From contig PXBW01000215.1 in assembly GCA_003566775.1 (NCBI GenBank), positions 3,529 to 67,528 of the forward strand: a DNA stretch of 64,000 bases. The letters are read 5' to 3'. Positions 8,741-19,100 of the stretch are shown in pieces. The stretch comes from a candidate division WS1 bacterium. GTDB taxonomy: Bacteria > Armatimonadota > Zipacnadia > Zipacnadales > UBA5352. The translations under genes and the position numbers were made by a program. The notes below the pieces were generated by a model that saw only the letters and a program-made list of their open reading frames with translations, was not told the origin of the DNA and searched no databases. The number at the start of each line of letters is the position of its first letter. Position 1 is the first letter of the stretch.

Positions 8741-9988
8741 TCACACTGCGAACCACTCGACGAATCTCTGCGCGGCTTCGGCGAGCACGCCTGTGCTGAC
8801 CGCCGCGTACGTCGCGGCCGCCGCACCCGCTACGATCAGCGCCGCGAGTATTGTCTTTGCTATGTCCTGACCGCGAAGCTGTGCAACCAACAGGGGCTGA
8901 CGCGACAGGTACGCGCTTGCGGCGTAGAGCTCCTCGCCCATCAGCGTGTAATCACAGGCGGTTATGAAGAAGGGGAGCTGAGTGTCGGCATCGGTGCCCG
9001 CGATCTGAATCGCCCCGGTCTCATTCCCCGTCTCTGCGAGGATCAGCGCCTCGGCAAAGAAGTAACCCATGTAGAAGCAGGCGGCAGGCTCCTCGCGCAG
9101 CATTATTCCATCGACCGCAGCGACGTATCCGAACTGACTCTCGGTGACGAAGAAGATATTCTCCGGGCGATAGGCGTCGGGCTTGCCCGCCTCGGTATAT
9201 GCCTGGCTTACGATCTCTCGCTCAGTGGTCATGCCCAGCGGATCGTTGCAGGGCACGAGAATCTCGGTTTCGTAGGCTGCCGAGCGACGGGTCAGATGGC
9301 CGAGAATCAGCATCGATGCGATGGTGGAGATGCTGCCGATGCCGCTCAGTCCGGAGACGTAGACGATTGGCTGTCCCATCTCCGTTGCGCGGCCGATGGC
9401 GTCGTTCACCGCCTCAAGCCCCGCGATCGGCCGGATGTACACGTCCTCTGCTCGTCCGCGCACGGAGTATATCGTGAAGATGATGATCGCACACAGCAGC
9501 AGAGCCAGCAAGAGGATCGGAGTGTACTCGACGTTGAACCAGTGCCCCTGAGGGCGCACCGGGCCGACAGGGTCGCTATGAACCACTACCGCGCGAGTGT
9601 CTGTGACCACGCCGTCTTCGTCCACGAGATAATGGAAGCCCAGTCCCGGAGGGGCGTAAACGGCTGCCAACGTAACAAAGTATGGTGGCCACGGCCACGG
9701 TTTGAGATCGCCGATTTGTGCCTCGGTGCCTTCATCGAGGTACACGTTGCTTGCGACTTCGAATGGCTCTCCGCTCTCGGATATGAGAATCTGATAGCCG
9801 ACCAGTTGCAGATCTGCAGGACGTTCCGCCTCGGCCGGTTCCTCCCACGTCACGATCAGCACAGTTCCGCGCGGCTCATCGGCGTCATCCATCACCTGCA
9901 CGTTGGCGGGTGCGCCGGGATCAGCCGCGAAGGCGAAAACCGGCAGCGCCATGCAGACACAGATTGCGAACGCGCGCAGCAGCTTCAT
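8741..9988 (-). CDS. bitopic protein: signal peptide + ~180 aa extracytoplasmic beta-rich domain + TM helix + ~230 aa cytoplasmic domain, function unknown
   Basis: Signal peptide MKLLRAFAICVCMALPVFAFA, an internal TM helix (ILLLALLLCAIIIFTIYSV), and an alanine-rich C-terminal helix. The start overlaps the stop of the upstream gene (9985-9988). Confidence 0.45.
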   Translation of the reverse strand: MKLLRAFAICVCMALPVFAFAADPGAPANVQVMDDADEPRGTVLIVTWEEPAEAERPADLQLVGYQILISESGEPFEVASNVYLDEGTEAQIGDLKPWPWPPYFVTLAAVYAPPGLGFHYLVDEDGVVTDTRAVVVHSDPVGPVRPQGHWFNVEYTPILLLALLLCAIIIFTIYSVRGRAEDVYIRPIAGLEAVNDAIGRATEMGQPIVYVSGLSGIGSISTIASMLILGHLTRRSAAYETEILVPCNDPLGMTTEREIVSQAYTEAGKPDAYRPENIFFVTESQFGYVAAVDGIMLREEPAACFYMGYFFAEALILAETGNETGAIQIAGTDADTQLPFFITACDYTLMGEELYAASAYLSRQPLLVAQLRGQDIAKTILAALIVAGAAAATYAAVSTGVLAEAAQRFVEWFAV

Positions 9989-11127
9989 TCCTCGATGATC
10001 TCCATATTCGCGCGGGGCACCGTGATGACCTCGCCGGTGCGCTCAAGCCGAACCCGGGCGACGCGCACCTTCGCCTCGGTGGCTATCTGTGTCAGCGCCT
10101 CAGGAAGCTCCTCGATCACGGCCAGTTCGCCGAAGGTCGGCGGGCGAATGAGCCGCACCGGACTGCCCACCGCGAGACCGTGCATCTCCCCTTCATCCAT
10201 CGCCCCCCACGTCGCGCCCGGCTCAGGCACCACGACCTCGGGGCGAATCACCCCGGCGCGGATCTGCGTCGCACCGTTGACCGAGGCGCGTCGCCCGTCG
10301 CGCTCGGCAAGCAGTTCGAAGGTGCGACGGCGCATTGGCGTATCTCCGAAGCCCTCGGTGAGCACCAGACTGAGGCCCAACTCCTCCTGCCCCGTGATCG
10401 CGACACCGAGCGGCTCCCCGACAAAGCTGTCGAGATCCCGATCGTCGATCGCACCGGTCACGACGGCGACGGCGCCCGCTTCACGGGCCGCCTCCAGCGC
10501 CTGCAGCGTAACCCGCCCACCGCCGATCAGGATACACCCGTCGCAGTCGCCCTCGATCAGTTCCGCCCCGCAGGACTGCTCAGGGCCCTCGCACAGCACG
10601 CGCAGGCTCCCATGGGCTTCGCCACCAACCCCGAGGATTCCCTGCGCGAGCGCGGCCTTCGTCTCGATCATCACCGCTTCGTTGCCATGAACCTCGACGA
10701 CGGTACCGTCTATGTAAGCATCTATCTGGACCTGAATCGGCGCACCACGAATTAGCACCTGGCCGGTAATCTCGCTGATCGTCTCGATCGTGCCGGAGAT
10801 CGGCGAACGCGCGATCGTGTGAAACAGTCCCCAGAAACTCTTGCTCTCTGCGATGATCTGTCGCGTCTCGACCTCGTCGCCCTCAGTCACGATGATGTAG
10901 TCGAGCACATCCTCCGGGGTCATCGACAGCTCGTGTGCGACGTTGACATTGACCACATTGCCCGGGAGCTGCGTGGAGCCGACGAGCCTGTCGGCGCGAA
11001 CCTCATCGCCGACCGCGACGTGTATCTCTCCGGGTAGCGGCAGGCGTCTGAGCCGACGGATCAGTGCGCGATCGGTGATGCGTAAACCGGGCGTATAGCC
11101 GTGGGTGACGGTGGCGGCTTCGCTCAC
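9985..11127 (-). CDS. cytoplasmic protein with N-terminal barrel-sandwich-hybrid-like repeats, function unknown
   Basis: 380 aa with no TM segment. It shows repeated V-x-V-G-D-E-V / ISGTIETI...IDGTVVEV motifs resembling biotinyl/lipoyl-type hybrid barrels. It overlaps the upstream GlmL-family gene by 4 nt (ATGA-type coupling). Confidence 0.45.
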   Translation of the reverse strand: MSEAATVTHGYTPGLRITDRALIRRLRRLPLPGEIHVAVGDEVRADRLVGSTQLPGNVVNVNVAHELSMTPEDVLDYIIVTEGDEVETRQIIAESKSFWGLFHTIARSPISGTIETISEITGQVLIRGAPIQVQIDAYIDGTVVEVHGNEAVMIETKAALAQGILGVGGEAHGSLRVLCEGPEQSCGAELIEGDCDGCILIGGGRVTLQALEAAREAGAVAVVTGAIDDRDLDSFVGEPLGVAITGQEELGLSLVLTEGFGDTPMRRRTFELLAERDGRRASVNGATQIRAGVIRPEVVVPEPGATWGAMDEGEMHGLAVGSPVRLIRPPTFGELAVIEELPEALTQIATEAKVRVARVRLERTGEVITVPRANMEIIEE

Positions 11128-12944
11128 AGATCCGCCCCCTCTCCCACCGGCTCCCGTGGATAGACCTCCAGCGCTCGCTCCCAGCGTCTGATCGCGGCCA
11201 CTCGTTCAGCGTCATCTTCGGGAAGCGCCAGGGGCCGCCCGCGCGCGTCGATGATCAGCCCCACCACACCGCCTCTGACCTCCGCCTCGACCGTGCGCCC
11301 CGGGCCCTCGCCCGCATCGAAGGCGCGCGTCGGCTCAACGGTTACCTGCGCCCGCTCATCTTCCTCCAGTTCTATCAGCTTCAACTCACCGACCGGGACT
11401 TCGATCTCTTCGCCGCCCTCCGGGCCGCGCACCGTCAGCCTCACGCATGGATCGCCCGGCCTCCTGGTGCCGACAGGGGCGATGCACGTGCCTAGAGGGA
11501 TCAGGCAGTCGCGGTAGAATACTTCGGTCGCCGCTCGCTCGCTGATCGTCGAGAGCACCCCGAGTTGCGGCATCATGAAGATGCTGTCCACCGCCAGTCG
11601 CGTGACGCCCTGTGGTTCAAATGAGTCGATCATCATCAGCGCCGCCTGTCTCCGACGCGGGGCATGTGAAAGCACGCCTCCCGAGCCGACGATGAGGTCA
11701 AGCGCCATCATGTCCACCAGCGTCTCGGCCCCCGCCGCGCCGAAGGCGTCGGAGATGTCCCGCTGGCGCTGAACGCCCTTGAGTTCGCTTGCGAGCATCC
11801 TGTGCTGCTCGAAGGCCAGTCTGAGCGCCTCGCGCGCCACCCCATGCTCTACCATAAGGCCGACGAGCTGCTGCGGGATAGTGGTCGGCCGTATCATCTT
11901 ATTCCGAATGTCGTTGCCCAGCCTGCGCGGATCCGGATGTTCGGCCACCCAGCGCAGAATGTTGTCCAGTCCCGCCTCCGCCAGAACATTGGAGATCGAG
12001 TAGCTCATCCCGAGATTCGCGGAGACGGTGCGGTTGAAGACGCTGCCGAAGACCGAGAATACATCGGTCGTTGCGCCTCCGATGTCCACGCCCACCACAT
12101 TGATGCCGTCGCGTTCGGCCACCGCTTCGATAAGCGCGCCAACCGCGGCGGGGGTGGGCATTATGTCCGCGTCGGTCCAGCCCATCAGCTTCGGATAACC
12201 GGGAGCCTGGGCCATAACGTGTTCAAGGAAAAGGTCCTGAATCTCCCCGCGCGCGGGTCCGAGGTTCTCCTCCTCCATAGAGGGGCGCAGATTTTCCACG
12301 ACCGTAAGCTGTGTGGCCCGCTCCAGTGCCTCGGTGACCGGCTCGCGAGCGTCCTCATTGCCCGCGAAGATCACAGGAAGCTCGTAATCGACGCCGAGCC
12401 GCGCCTGTGGATTCGCGGCGGCGACAAGCTCGGCCATCTCGACCACCTTGCGCACCTCGCCGCCGTCGGTGCCGCCGGAGATGAGTATCATGTCGGGGCG
12501 AAGCTCGCGCATCCGCTCGATGCGCTCGTAGTCGCGCCGGCCGTCATCGAGCGCGACCACATCCATTACGATCGCCCCCGCCCCCAGCGCCGCTCGCTCG
12601 GCGCTCTCAGCGGTCATCGAGCGCACCAGTCCGACCACCATCACCTGCAGACCGCCCCCGGCTGAGGAGGTCGAGACATAGGCGTCCACGCCCTCGTTAC
12701 CCTGCTGTGGGCGGATGATCTCCCCCTCGCGCAGCAGGATGCGCCCGGACAACTCCTCTACCTCGCGTACGGCATTCAACACCCCTACGGTTACATCCTC
12801 GTAGGGCGCTTCAACCGTCGTAGGCGCCTCGCCTCGAACGCGAAGTCGGTACTCACCATCAATGAGTTCGATCAGAATGGCCTTGGTGGTGGTCGATCCG
12901 CAGTCCGTTGCGAGGATCGAGCGCAATGCCTGATGCTCTGACAA
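11124..12944 (-). CDS. GlmL/MutL-family (glutamate mutase L-like) actin-fold ATPase-like protein, enlarged 606 aa form
   Basis: N-terminal motif ATDCGSTTTKAILIE matches the DxGSTxTK phosphate-1 motif of the glutamate-mutase-L (MutL, PF13941-type) family; a second glycine-rich segment VVGVDIGGATTDVFS is typical of the second ASKHA lobe. The listed start is TTG at 12944; an alternative TTG at 12926 would place the start 5 residues before the motif, as in canonical GlmL. There are no glutamate mutase S/E genes nearby. Confidence 0.55.
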   Translation of the reverse strand: MSEHQALRSILATDCGSTTTKAILIELIDGEYRLRVRGEAPTTVEAPYEDVTVGVLNAVREVEELSGRILLREGEIIRPQQGNEGVDAYVSTSSAGGGLQVMVVGLVRSMTAESAERAALGAGAIVMDVVALDDGRRDYERIERMRELRPDMILISGGTDGGEVRKVVEMAELVAAANPQARLGVDYELPVIFAGNEDAREPVTEALERATQLTVVENLRPSMEEENLGPARGEIQDLFLEHVMAQAPGYPKLMGWTDADIMPTPAAVGALIEAVAERDGINVVGVDIGGATTDVFSVFGSVFNRTVSANLGMSYSISNVLAEAGLDNILRWVAEHPDPRRLGNDIRNKMIRPTTIPQQLVGLMVEHGVAREALRLAFEQHRMLASELKGVQRQRDISDAFGAAGAETLVDMMALDLIVGSGGVLSHAPRRRQAALMMIDSFEPQGVTRLAVDSIFMMPQLGVLSTISERAATEVFYRDCLIPLGTCIAPVGTRRPGDPCVRLTVRGPEGGEEIEVPVGELKLIELEEDERAQVTVEPTRAFDAGEGPGRTVEAEVRGGVVGLIIDARGRPLALPEDDAERVAAIRRWERALEVYPREPVGEGADL

Positions 12945-13168
12945 GTGTGAAGCCGGTCCTTCCGATAGGGTTCAGCCGACACCTGACCTGTATTTCACCG
13001 AACGCGGTGAGGATACCTTCAAGTCACCGACCGGGGATAGCCCGGCCATTGTTGAGCGTGTCGGATGGCATACACTTTGTTACGTGAACGTTTCGCGCGA
13101 AGGGTTAGTTCGCCGACACAGCGAACTCTGCCCCCCATCCGTTTCGTCTTACTGCCCGGAGGTGTGTT

Positions 13169-13921
13169 ATGAAGATCAGGAGATTAGCCGCGATTGCTCT
13201 GCTCGCGCTGATGGTGCTGCCCGCCTGTGCGGAGGAGTTCTGGTTCGCCACGGTGGCGGATACGCACATCACCGATGAGGAGAGCGCCGAGATCGTCGTT
13301 GACGCCATCGATATGATCAACGAGGATGAACGCATCGAATTCAGTCTCTGGCTCGGTGATATCACCGACAGGTCGACCGAACCGGAGTTCGTCATCGCGA
13401 AGCGCACGCTGGAACTGAATGAAAAGCCGTGGCACCCGGTGCGCGGCAACCATGACGACAGCGGCGGCTACTACGAGGAGTACTTCGGGCCGATAAACTA
13501 TCGCGTCGAACATGGTGGCTGGGTCTTCCTGATGATGGACAGCAACGGCCCGGCGGAGACGATCGTAACCGAGGAGACGATGGACTGGCTGCGGGAGCAG
13601 ATCGAGGCCACCGATCCCGAGACGCAGATCGTACTGGCCTGCCATCATCCGCTCATTCTCGGTGGCGTGGTACCGCTCGCGGGTGCGCCCGCGATCCTCG
13701 AACTGTTCGACGGGCACAATCTGCAGGCGGTAGTCGCCGGGCATCTCCACGCGAATCAGGAGCACACGGTTGACGGCGTGCTGCACACCGTCAACAACTG
13801 CTGTGCGCTGATTCGCGGCAACATCGACCGCAGCCCGGAGAGGGGCTACCGCGTCTACCGGGCGGAGGGTGGAGAGATCGTAGAGACCGAGTTCGTCACC
13901 GTGCGTGAGATACCCGAATAG
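13169..13921 (+). CDS. secreted metallophosphoesterase (calcineurin-like)
   Basis: Signal peptide MKIRRLAAIALLALMVLPACA. Calcineurin-fold motifs are present: DTH (motif I), LGDITD (GDxxD), GNHD, and GHLH. A GGAGGTG RBS lies 5 nt upstream. Confidence 0.7.
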   Translation: MKIRRLAAIALLALMVLPACAEEFWFATVADTHITDEESAEIVVDAIDMINEDERIEFSLWLGDITDRSTEPEFVIAKRTLELNEKPWHPVRGNHDDSGGYYEEYFGPINYRVEHGGWVFLMMDSNGPAETIVTEETMDWLREQIEATDPETQIVLACHHPLILGGVVPLAGAPAILELFDGHNLQAVVAGHLHANQEHTVDGVLHTVNNCCALIRGNIDRSPERGYRVYRAEGGEIVETEFVTVREIPE

Positions 13922-14147
13922 GGGCGCAACGACACAGGCAATACAGCGACGATAGAGATGGCGGTGGGTGACGGCACCGGTGCACGCGCTCAGTGAACTC
14001 TCGCATCCCTCGCGTTCCGGGGAACCCGGCGCAGAGAGTTGAGCGTTAGATTATTCGGATAGTACGGACAATAGTCCCGGGGGAAGGCAGCCATCAGATG
14101 GTTGCGCCTCTTTGCGCTTTACCGCCCCCTTCAAGGAGGATGAAGAC

Positions 14148-14771
14148 ATGTCACGCCGAGGCTTCACATTGATTGAACTGCTGGTGGTCATTGCCATCAT
14201 CGCGATCCTGGCGGCGATCCTCTTTCCTGTGTTCGCGAGAGCGCGAGAAAGAGCGCGTCACACAAGCTGTCTCAGCAATCTGAGGCAGATAGGTCTTGCG
14301 TTTCGGATGTACACTTCCGACTACGACGAACGACTACTCCCCGCCCAGTTGGCCGGCGATTCCGCGAACTACTGCTGGACCACGATCGTGATGCCGTACA
14401 TGCACAACGAGCAGGTACTTGTCTGTCCCAGCGATTCTGAGCCGATGATCAGCGAGAACGCGGTCGGATATCGCAAGAGCTACGCGGTGAACTACGAGAT
14501 ACATCCGTACGAAGGGTATGTCGGGCACTCCATCAACCCGTTGAACCCCTGGCCTCCCATGTCAATGGCAAGCATTCAGGAGCCCTCCGAGATGATCTCT
14601 GCGATTGACTCGCAGACAGCATACTCCGGAATGCACTACCACACGATCGAAGACCGCGCGGCATTCAGGCATAACACGATGGCGAGTGTGCTACTCCTCG
14701 ACGGGAGTGTGCGAACGATGAACCGTAATCAAACCTTCTCGCCGAAGGACCTCTGGCTGCCGAGACAGTAA
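14148..14771 (+). CDS. prepilin-type N-terminal cleavage/methylation domain protein, DUF1559 (H-X9-DG) family
   Basis: [32 protein letters not shown] is a class III signal/pseudopilin N-terminus. The C-terminal motif is [16 protein letters not shown] (H-X9-DG). The start is chosen at the internal ATG, which has an AAGGAGGA RBS 8 nt upstream; the six-frame ORF begins at 14112. The family is hugely expanded in Planctomycetota, Verrucomicrobiota and Armatimonadota. Confidence 0.8.
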   Translation: MSRRGFTLIELLVVIAIIAILAAILFPVFARARERARHTSCLSNLRQIGLAFRMYTSDYDERLLPAQLAGDSANYCWTTIVMPYMHNEQVLVCPSDSEPMISENAVGYRKSYAVNYEIHPYEGYVGHSINPLNPWPPMSMASIQEPSEMISAIDSQTAYSGMHYHTIEDRAAFRHNTMASVLLLDGSVRTMNRNQTFSPKDLWLPRQ

Positions 14772-14981
14772 GCATCACATGACGAAACGCGATTGCCGGT
14801 TGAGGCGCTCGGATTAGCGGAAGCGGTCGCGCGTGAGATGGCGGCGAGAGCGTTGCATGATTGATGGTAACACGCCCGCGTCTCTGGTGCGGCTGTTCTC
14901 GCCGCACCTCACCGTTGCAGCGATTCGGCTGCGGCTGCTGAGACGCGGGCTTTCGCCTGTTTATCGGGGCCTGCGCGGAAC

Positions 14982-15010
14982 TTGCGTTATGCCGGCGGTT
15001 GTCGTATAAT
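14982..15010 (+). promoter_or_regulatory. candidate sigma70-type promoter TTGCGT-17 nt-TATAAT upstream of the lipoprotein gene at 15094
   Basis: -35 TTGCGT (14982-14987), an exact 17-nt spacer, and a perfect -10 TATAAT (15005-15010). It is followed by an 8-bp stem hairpin (15022-15045, TCAGGGGC-ggtcgcag-GCCCCTGA) in the predicted 5' UTR. Confidence 0.4.
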
Positions 15011-15093
15011 CCCCGACGTAGTCAGGGGCGGTCGCAGGCCCCTGAGGCGCCACCGCATATCACCGAGATTTTCGCACAAGGGGCTGATTCACC

Positions 15094-16098
15094 GTGAGGC
15101 GCCTGCTGGCGATGTGCTGCGCAGCAGCAACGGTCTTCGTAATTGGCTGTCAGGTCACCCCCAACGGCGCGCAGTTGACCCCCACCACCCCGGACGCAGA
15201 TGAAGAGATGCTCACCGAACGGGAACGGCAGGAGCTTGCCGAGATTCGGGAGATGCTAACTCATCTCGGCCCCAACGTGAGCTCCGACCTCAGAGCGCTC
15301 AAGGATATGCTCGAGCGGCAGCAGCAACAGTTGGAAGCGAAGGCAGGCCCTCCCGATCTCGTGAAGGACCTGTGGCCCACGCAGCGCGTACTGAATGAAA
15401 CCATTCAAACCGCGCAGCAGAAGAAGGGCGATGAGACGCTCGCGTCGATCGATCGACTGCAGAAGCTGGTCGCCACCGTCGAGGCGGGCCTGCCGGCCCG
15501 CGAGATCATGGTGCGGTGCGAGCGCGCGCTTGCCTACCTGGCTCAGGATGCGCTCGATCGGGCATATGCCGAACTGGGTCTGGCGTACGACACGGCGGAC
15601 CGAAGCCCCTTCCCGCGCCTGGTGCCCTCCGGCGTGGCTTCGCTCATACAGACCAGCGCGCGGAATCAGATCGCCGCCGGTCGAGCACAGGAGGCCGCCT
15701 CGGTGGTTGACACCGTGAGGCGTAATGCCTCCCAGCATGACAGTCTGGCGAAGTTCAACCGCATTAACGCGGGTCTTGAGGGCGCGCGCACAGCCGGGCA
15801 CCGCGAGGCGTGGAGCGTGGTTGAGGCCGAACTCTACGAGGTGCATAATCAGATCACGGCGCTCGCCGAGACGCTGCGAATCGACCAATGGGAGATTGCT
15901 CCGCGGCCCGACGATGATGAAGAGCCTGCCGAGCTTCCCGAGGTTGATGACCAGGACGCCGCCGAATCCGACGACGTGGATGCTTCTCCTGAACCGGAGA
16001 CCGAAACCGAGGTCGAGCCGGAGGCAGATGAAGACGATGACGAGATTGCAGACGGACCTGCCGAGGCCGGGCCACGGTTCCGCAGACCCGTTCGCTGA
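15094..16098 (+). CDS. lipoprotein with coiled-coil region and highly acidic C-terminal tail, function unknown
   Basis: Lipobox-type signal MRRLLAMCCAAATVFVIGC (GTG start). The C-terminal ~70 aa are dominated by D/E (DDDEEPAELPEVDDQDAAESDDVDASPEPETETEVEPEADEDDDE). Confidence 0.5.
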   Translation: MRRLLAMCCAAATVFVIGCQVTPNGAQLTPTTPDADEEMLTERERQELAEIREMLTHLGPNVSSDLRALKDMLERQQQQLEAKAGPPDLVKDLWPTQRVLNETIQTAQQKKGDETLASIDRLQKLVATVEAGLPAREIMVRCERALAYLAQDALDRAYAELGLAYDTADRSPFPRLVPSGVASLIQTSARNQIAAGRAQEAASVVDTVRRNASQHDSLAKFNRINAGLEGARTAGHREAWSVVEAELYEVHNQITALAETLRIDQWEIAPRPDDDEEPAELPEVDDQDAAESDDVDASPEPETETEVEPEADEDDDEIADGPAEAGPRFRRPVR

Positions 16099-16170
16099 GA
16101 GTCTGACTCGACGGCAACAAGAAGGATTCGATCCAGCTTTCACACTCACCCGCGCAGCATCTGAGGCGCC

Positions 16171-19100
16171 ATGAGCATTCATACACCACCCTTCGTGCAT
16201 CTGCATGTACACTCAGAGTACAGCCTGCTTGACGGTGCTATCGCGCTGTCTGAGCTGCCCCGCAGGGCCGCCGAGATGGAGATGCCCGCGATCGCCCTCA
16301 GCGACCACGGTGTCATGTACGGGGCGGTCGACTTCTACCGGGAGTGCGAGGAGGTCGGCATCAAGCCGATCATCGGCTGCGAGGTGTACGTCGCTCGACG
16401 CACCCGATTCGATCGCGACCCTCGCAAGGACCGCAGCGCCTACCACCTGGTCCTTCTGGCGGAGAACCTGGAGGGATATCGCAACCTCGTGAAGCTCGCT
16501 TCGCTTGCGTCGCTGGAGGGGCACTACTACAACCCGCGCGTTGATCTCGAGCTTCTCACCGAGTGCGCCGATGGGCTGATCTGCCTCAGCGGATGCCTTC
16601 AGGGACAGGTGCCGCAACTGCTTACCAACGGCGACGGGGCCGGTGCGCGGCAGGTGGCGGGACAGTACCGCGAGATATTCGGTCCCGACAATTATTTCAT
16701 CGAACTGCAGGATCACGGCATTGAACAGCAGCGGGAAGTGCTGCCCGGACTCATCGAGGTCGCGCAGGACCTCGATATCCCCCTGGTCGCCACCAACGAT
16801 GCGCACTATCTCAGGCGCGAGGAGCGGCGCTATCAGGATGTACTGCTGTGCATCGGCACCAACTCGTGCGTCAATGACGAGAAACGGATGCGTATGGAGG
16901 GCGAGGAGTTCTACCTCAAGTCCGCCGAGGAGATGGCCCAACTCTTCCCGGATCATCCGGAGGCGCTGAGCAACACCGCGGAGATCGCGGAGCGTTGCGA
17001 GGTTGAGCTGGAACTGGGAACCCTGCGCCTCCCACACTACGATGTCCCTGAAGGACATACGCTTGACACCTTCCTGCGCGAGCGCTGCCTCGAAGGTGTG
17101 CACGAGCGCTACGGCTGCGAACCGGAAGAGGCCCCCCCCGAGGTGCTTGAACGCCTCGATTACGAGCTTGATGTTATCCGGCAGAAGAACTACTCGGGAT
17201 ACTTCCTCATCGTGGCCGACCTGTGCAACGAGGCGCAGCGTCGCGACATGCTGATCGGCCCCGGGCGGGGCTCGGCCACCGGATCGATGGTGGGATACAC
17301 CCTTGGCATCACACAGCTCGATCCGATCGAGCACGGCCTGATCTTCGAGCGGATGCTCAATCCGGACCGCGAGAGCCCGCCTGACATCGATCTCGACTTC
17401 CCGGACGATCGCCGGCATGAGATCATCGAGTTCTGCAAGGAACGCTGGGGCGAGAATCACGTTGCACAGGTGATAACCTTCAACACGCTTGGTGCGCGGG
17501 CGGCGATCCGCGATGTCGGCAGGGCGCTCGACGTCGATCTCGACCGGGTGGACCGACTGGCGAAGCTCGTCCCGGGCGGCACCACCATTGAGGAGGCAGT
17601 CGAAGCGGGAGGAGAGCTTGCCCGACTGTCAGATCAGGAGCCGGAACTCGCCGAGGTGCTCAACACCGCGCGCCATCTCGAGGGCCTCTCGCGGCACTGC
17701 TCGGTCCACGCCGCCGCCGTGGTCGTCTCGGACGAGCCGCTCATGCAGAAGGTCCCCCTCAAGCGTGATGAGGATGAGACGATGCCGGTCACGCAGTACT
17801 CGATGAAGCCGGTCGAGGACGTCGGGCTGGTCAAGATCGACTTCCTCGGGCTGAAGACCCTGCAGGTGGTCAGCAACACGATTCGACTGGTGAGGCAGCG
17901 CCACGGGGTCGAGATAGATCCGCTGAACATGTCCCTCGACGATCCTGACACCTACGAGATGCTCTCGAAGGGCGAGACGGACGCTGTCTTTCAGCTTGAG
18001 AGCGAGGGTATGAGGCGTATCCTGCGCCAGCTTAAACCGAACAACTTCCAGCATATTATCCAGATGATCGCGCTGTACCGCCCCGGGCCGATGCAGTTCG
18101 CGGACGAGTTGTGCGAGCGCAGGCATGGGGCGGAGGTGACGTACCCGCATGAGGACCTGCGTCCGATCCTTGAGGAGACCTACGGAATCATCCTGTATCA
18201 GGAGCAGGTAATGCGCACCGCAAGCGAACTTGCGGGATTCAGCATGCCGCAGGCGGAACTGATCATGCGCGCGATGGCGAAGAAGCGGCAGGCGCAGATG
18301 GAGCAGATGAAGCCACTGTTCATCGAGGGCTGCGTTAACAACGGCATCGACCGTGCGTGCGCAGAGGACATCTTCCAGCGGATGGAGACGTTCTCCAACT
18401 ACGGGTTCAACAAATCGCACAGCACCGGCTACGCCCTGGTTGTATACTGGACCGCATATCTGAAGGCGAACTACCCGGCGGAGTACATGGCCTCGCATCT
18501 GACGACTGTGATGGACAGCAGCGAGGATGTTGCGAAGTATGTGACCGCCTGCCAGCGGGCGATGGGGCTTGAGGTACTGCCACCATCGGTCAATGTATCT
18601 GATGCCGAGTTCTCGGTGAATCACGAGGGAGCGATCACCTACGGACTGGCGGCGATCAAGAACGTCGGGCACAGCACCGCGGAGGCGATCTGCAGGGAAC
18701 GGAATGACAACGGAGCCTTCAATGGCCTGTCTGACTTCTGTGCGAGGATGCCTTCTGAGCAGATGCAACTGTCCACCCTGGAGACGCTGATAGAGGCGGG
18801 GGCCTTCGATGAGTTCGGAGACCGCGCGGCGTTGCTCGCCGCCGCACCTGCAGCACACTCGGCGGGGAAGCAGCGGCAGACGAATATGCAGATCGGCCAG
18901 GACTCACTCTTCGGTGGCTCGGAGGAACTGGAGCAGATGGAGGGCGTGCAGTTGCCGGATGTTCCGCCGATGCCCGATCAGGAGAAGCTGCGCCTGGAGA
19001 AGGAGCTTCTCGGTGTCTGGGTGTCGGAGAATCCGCTCCAGCAGGCCGCCGAGAAGATCGAGCAATGCACCAACGTGCGTCTGGCCGAACTCACCGAGTT

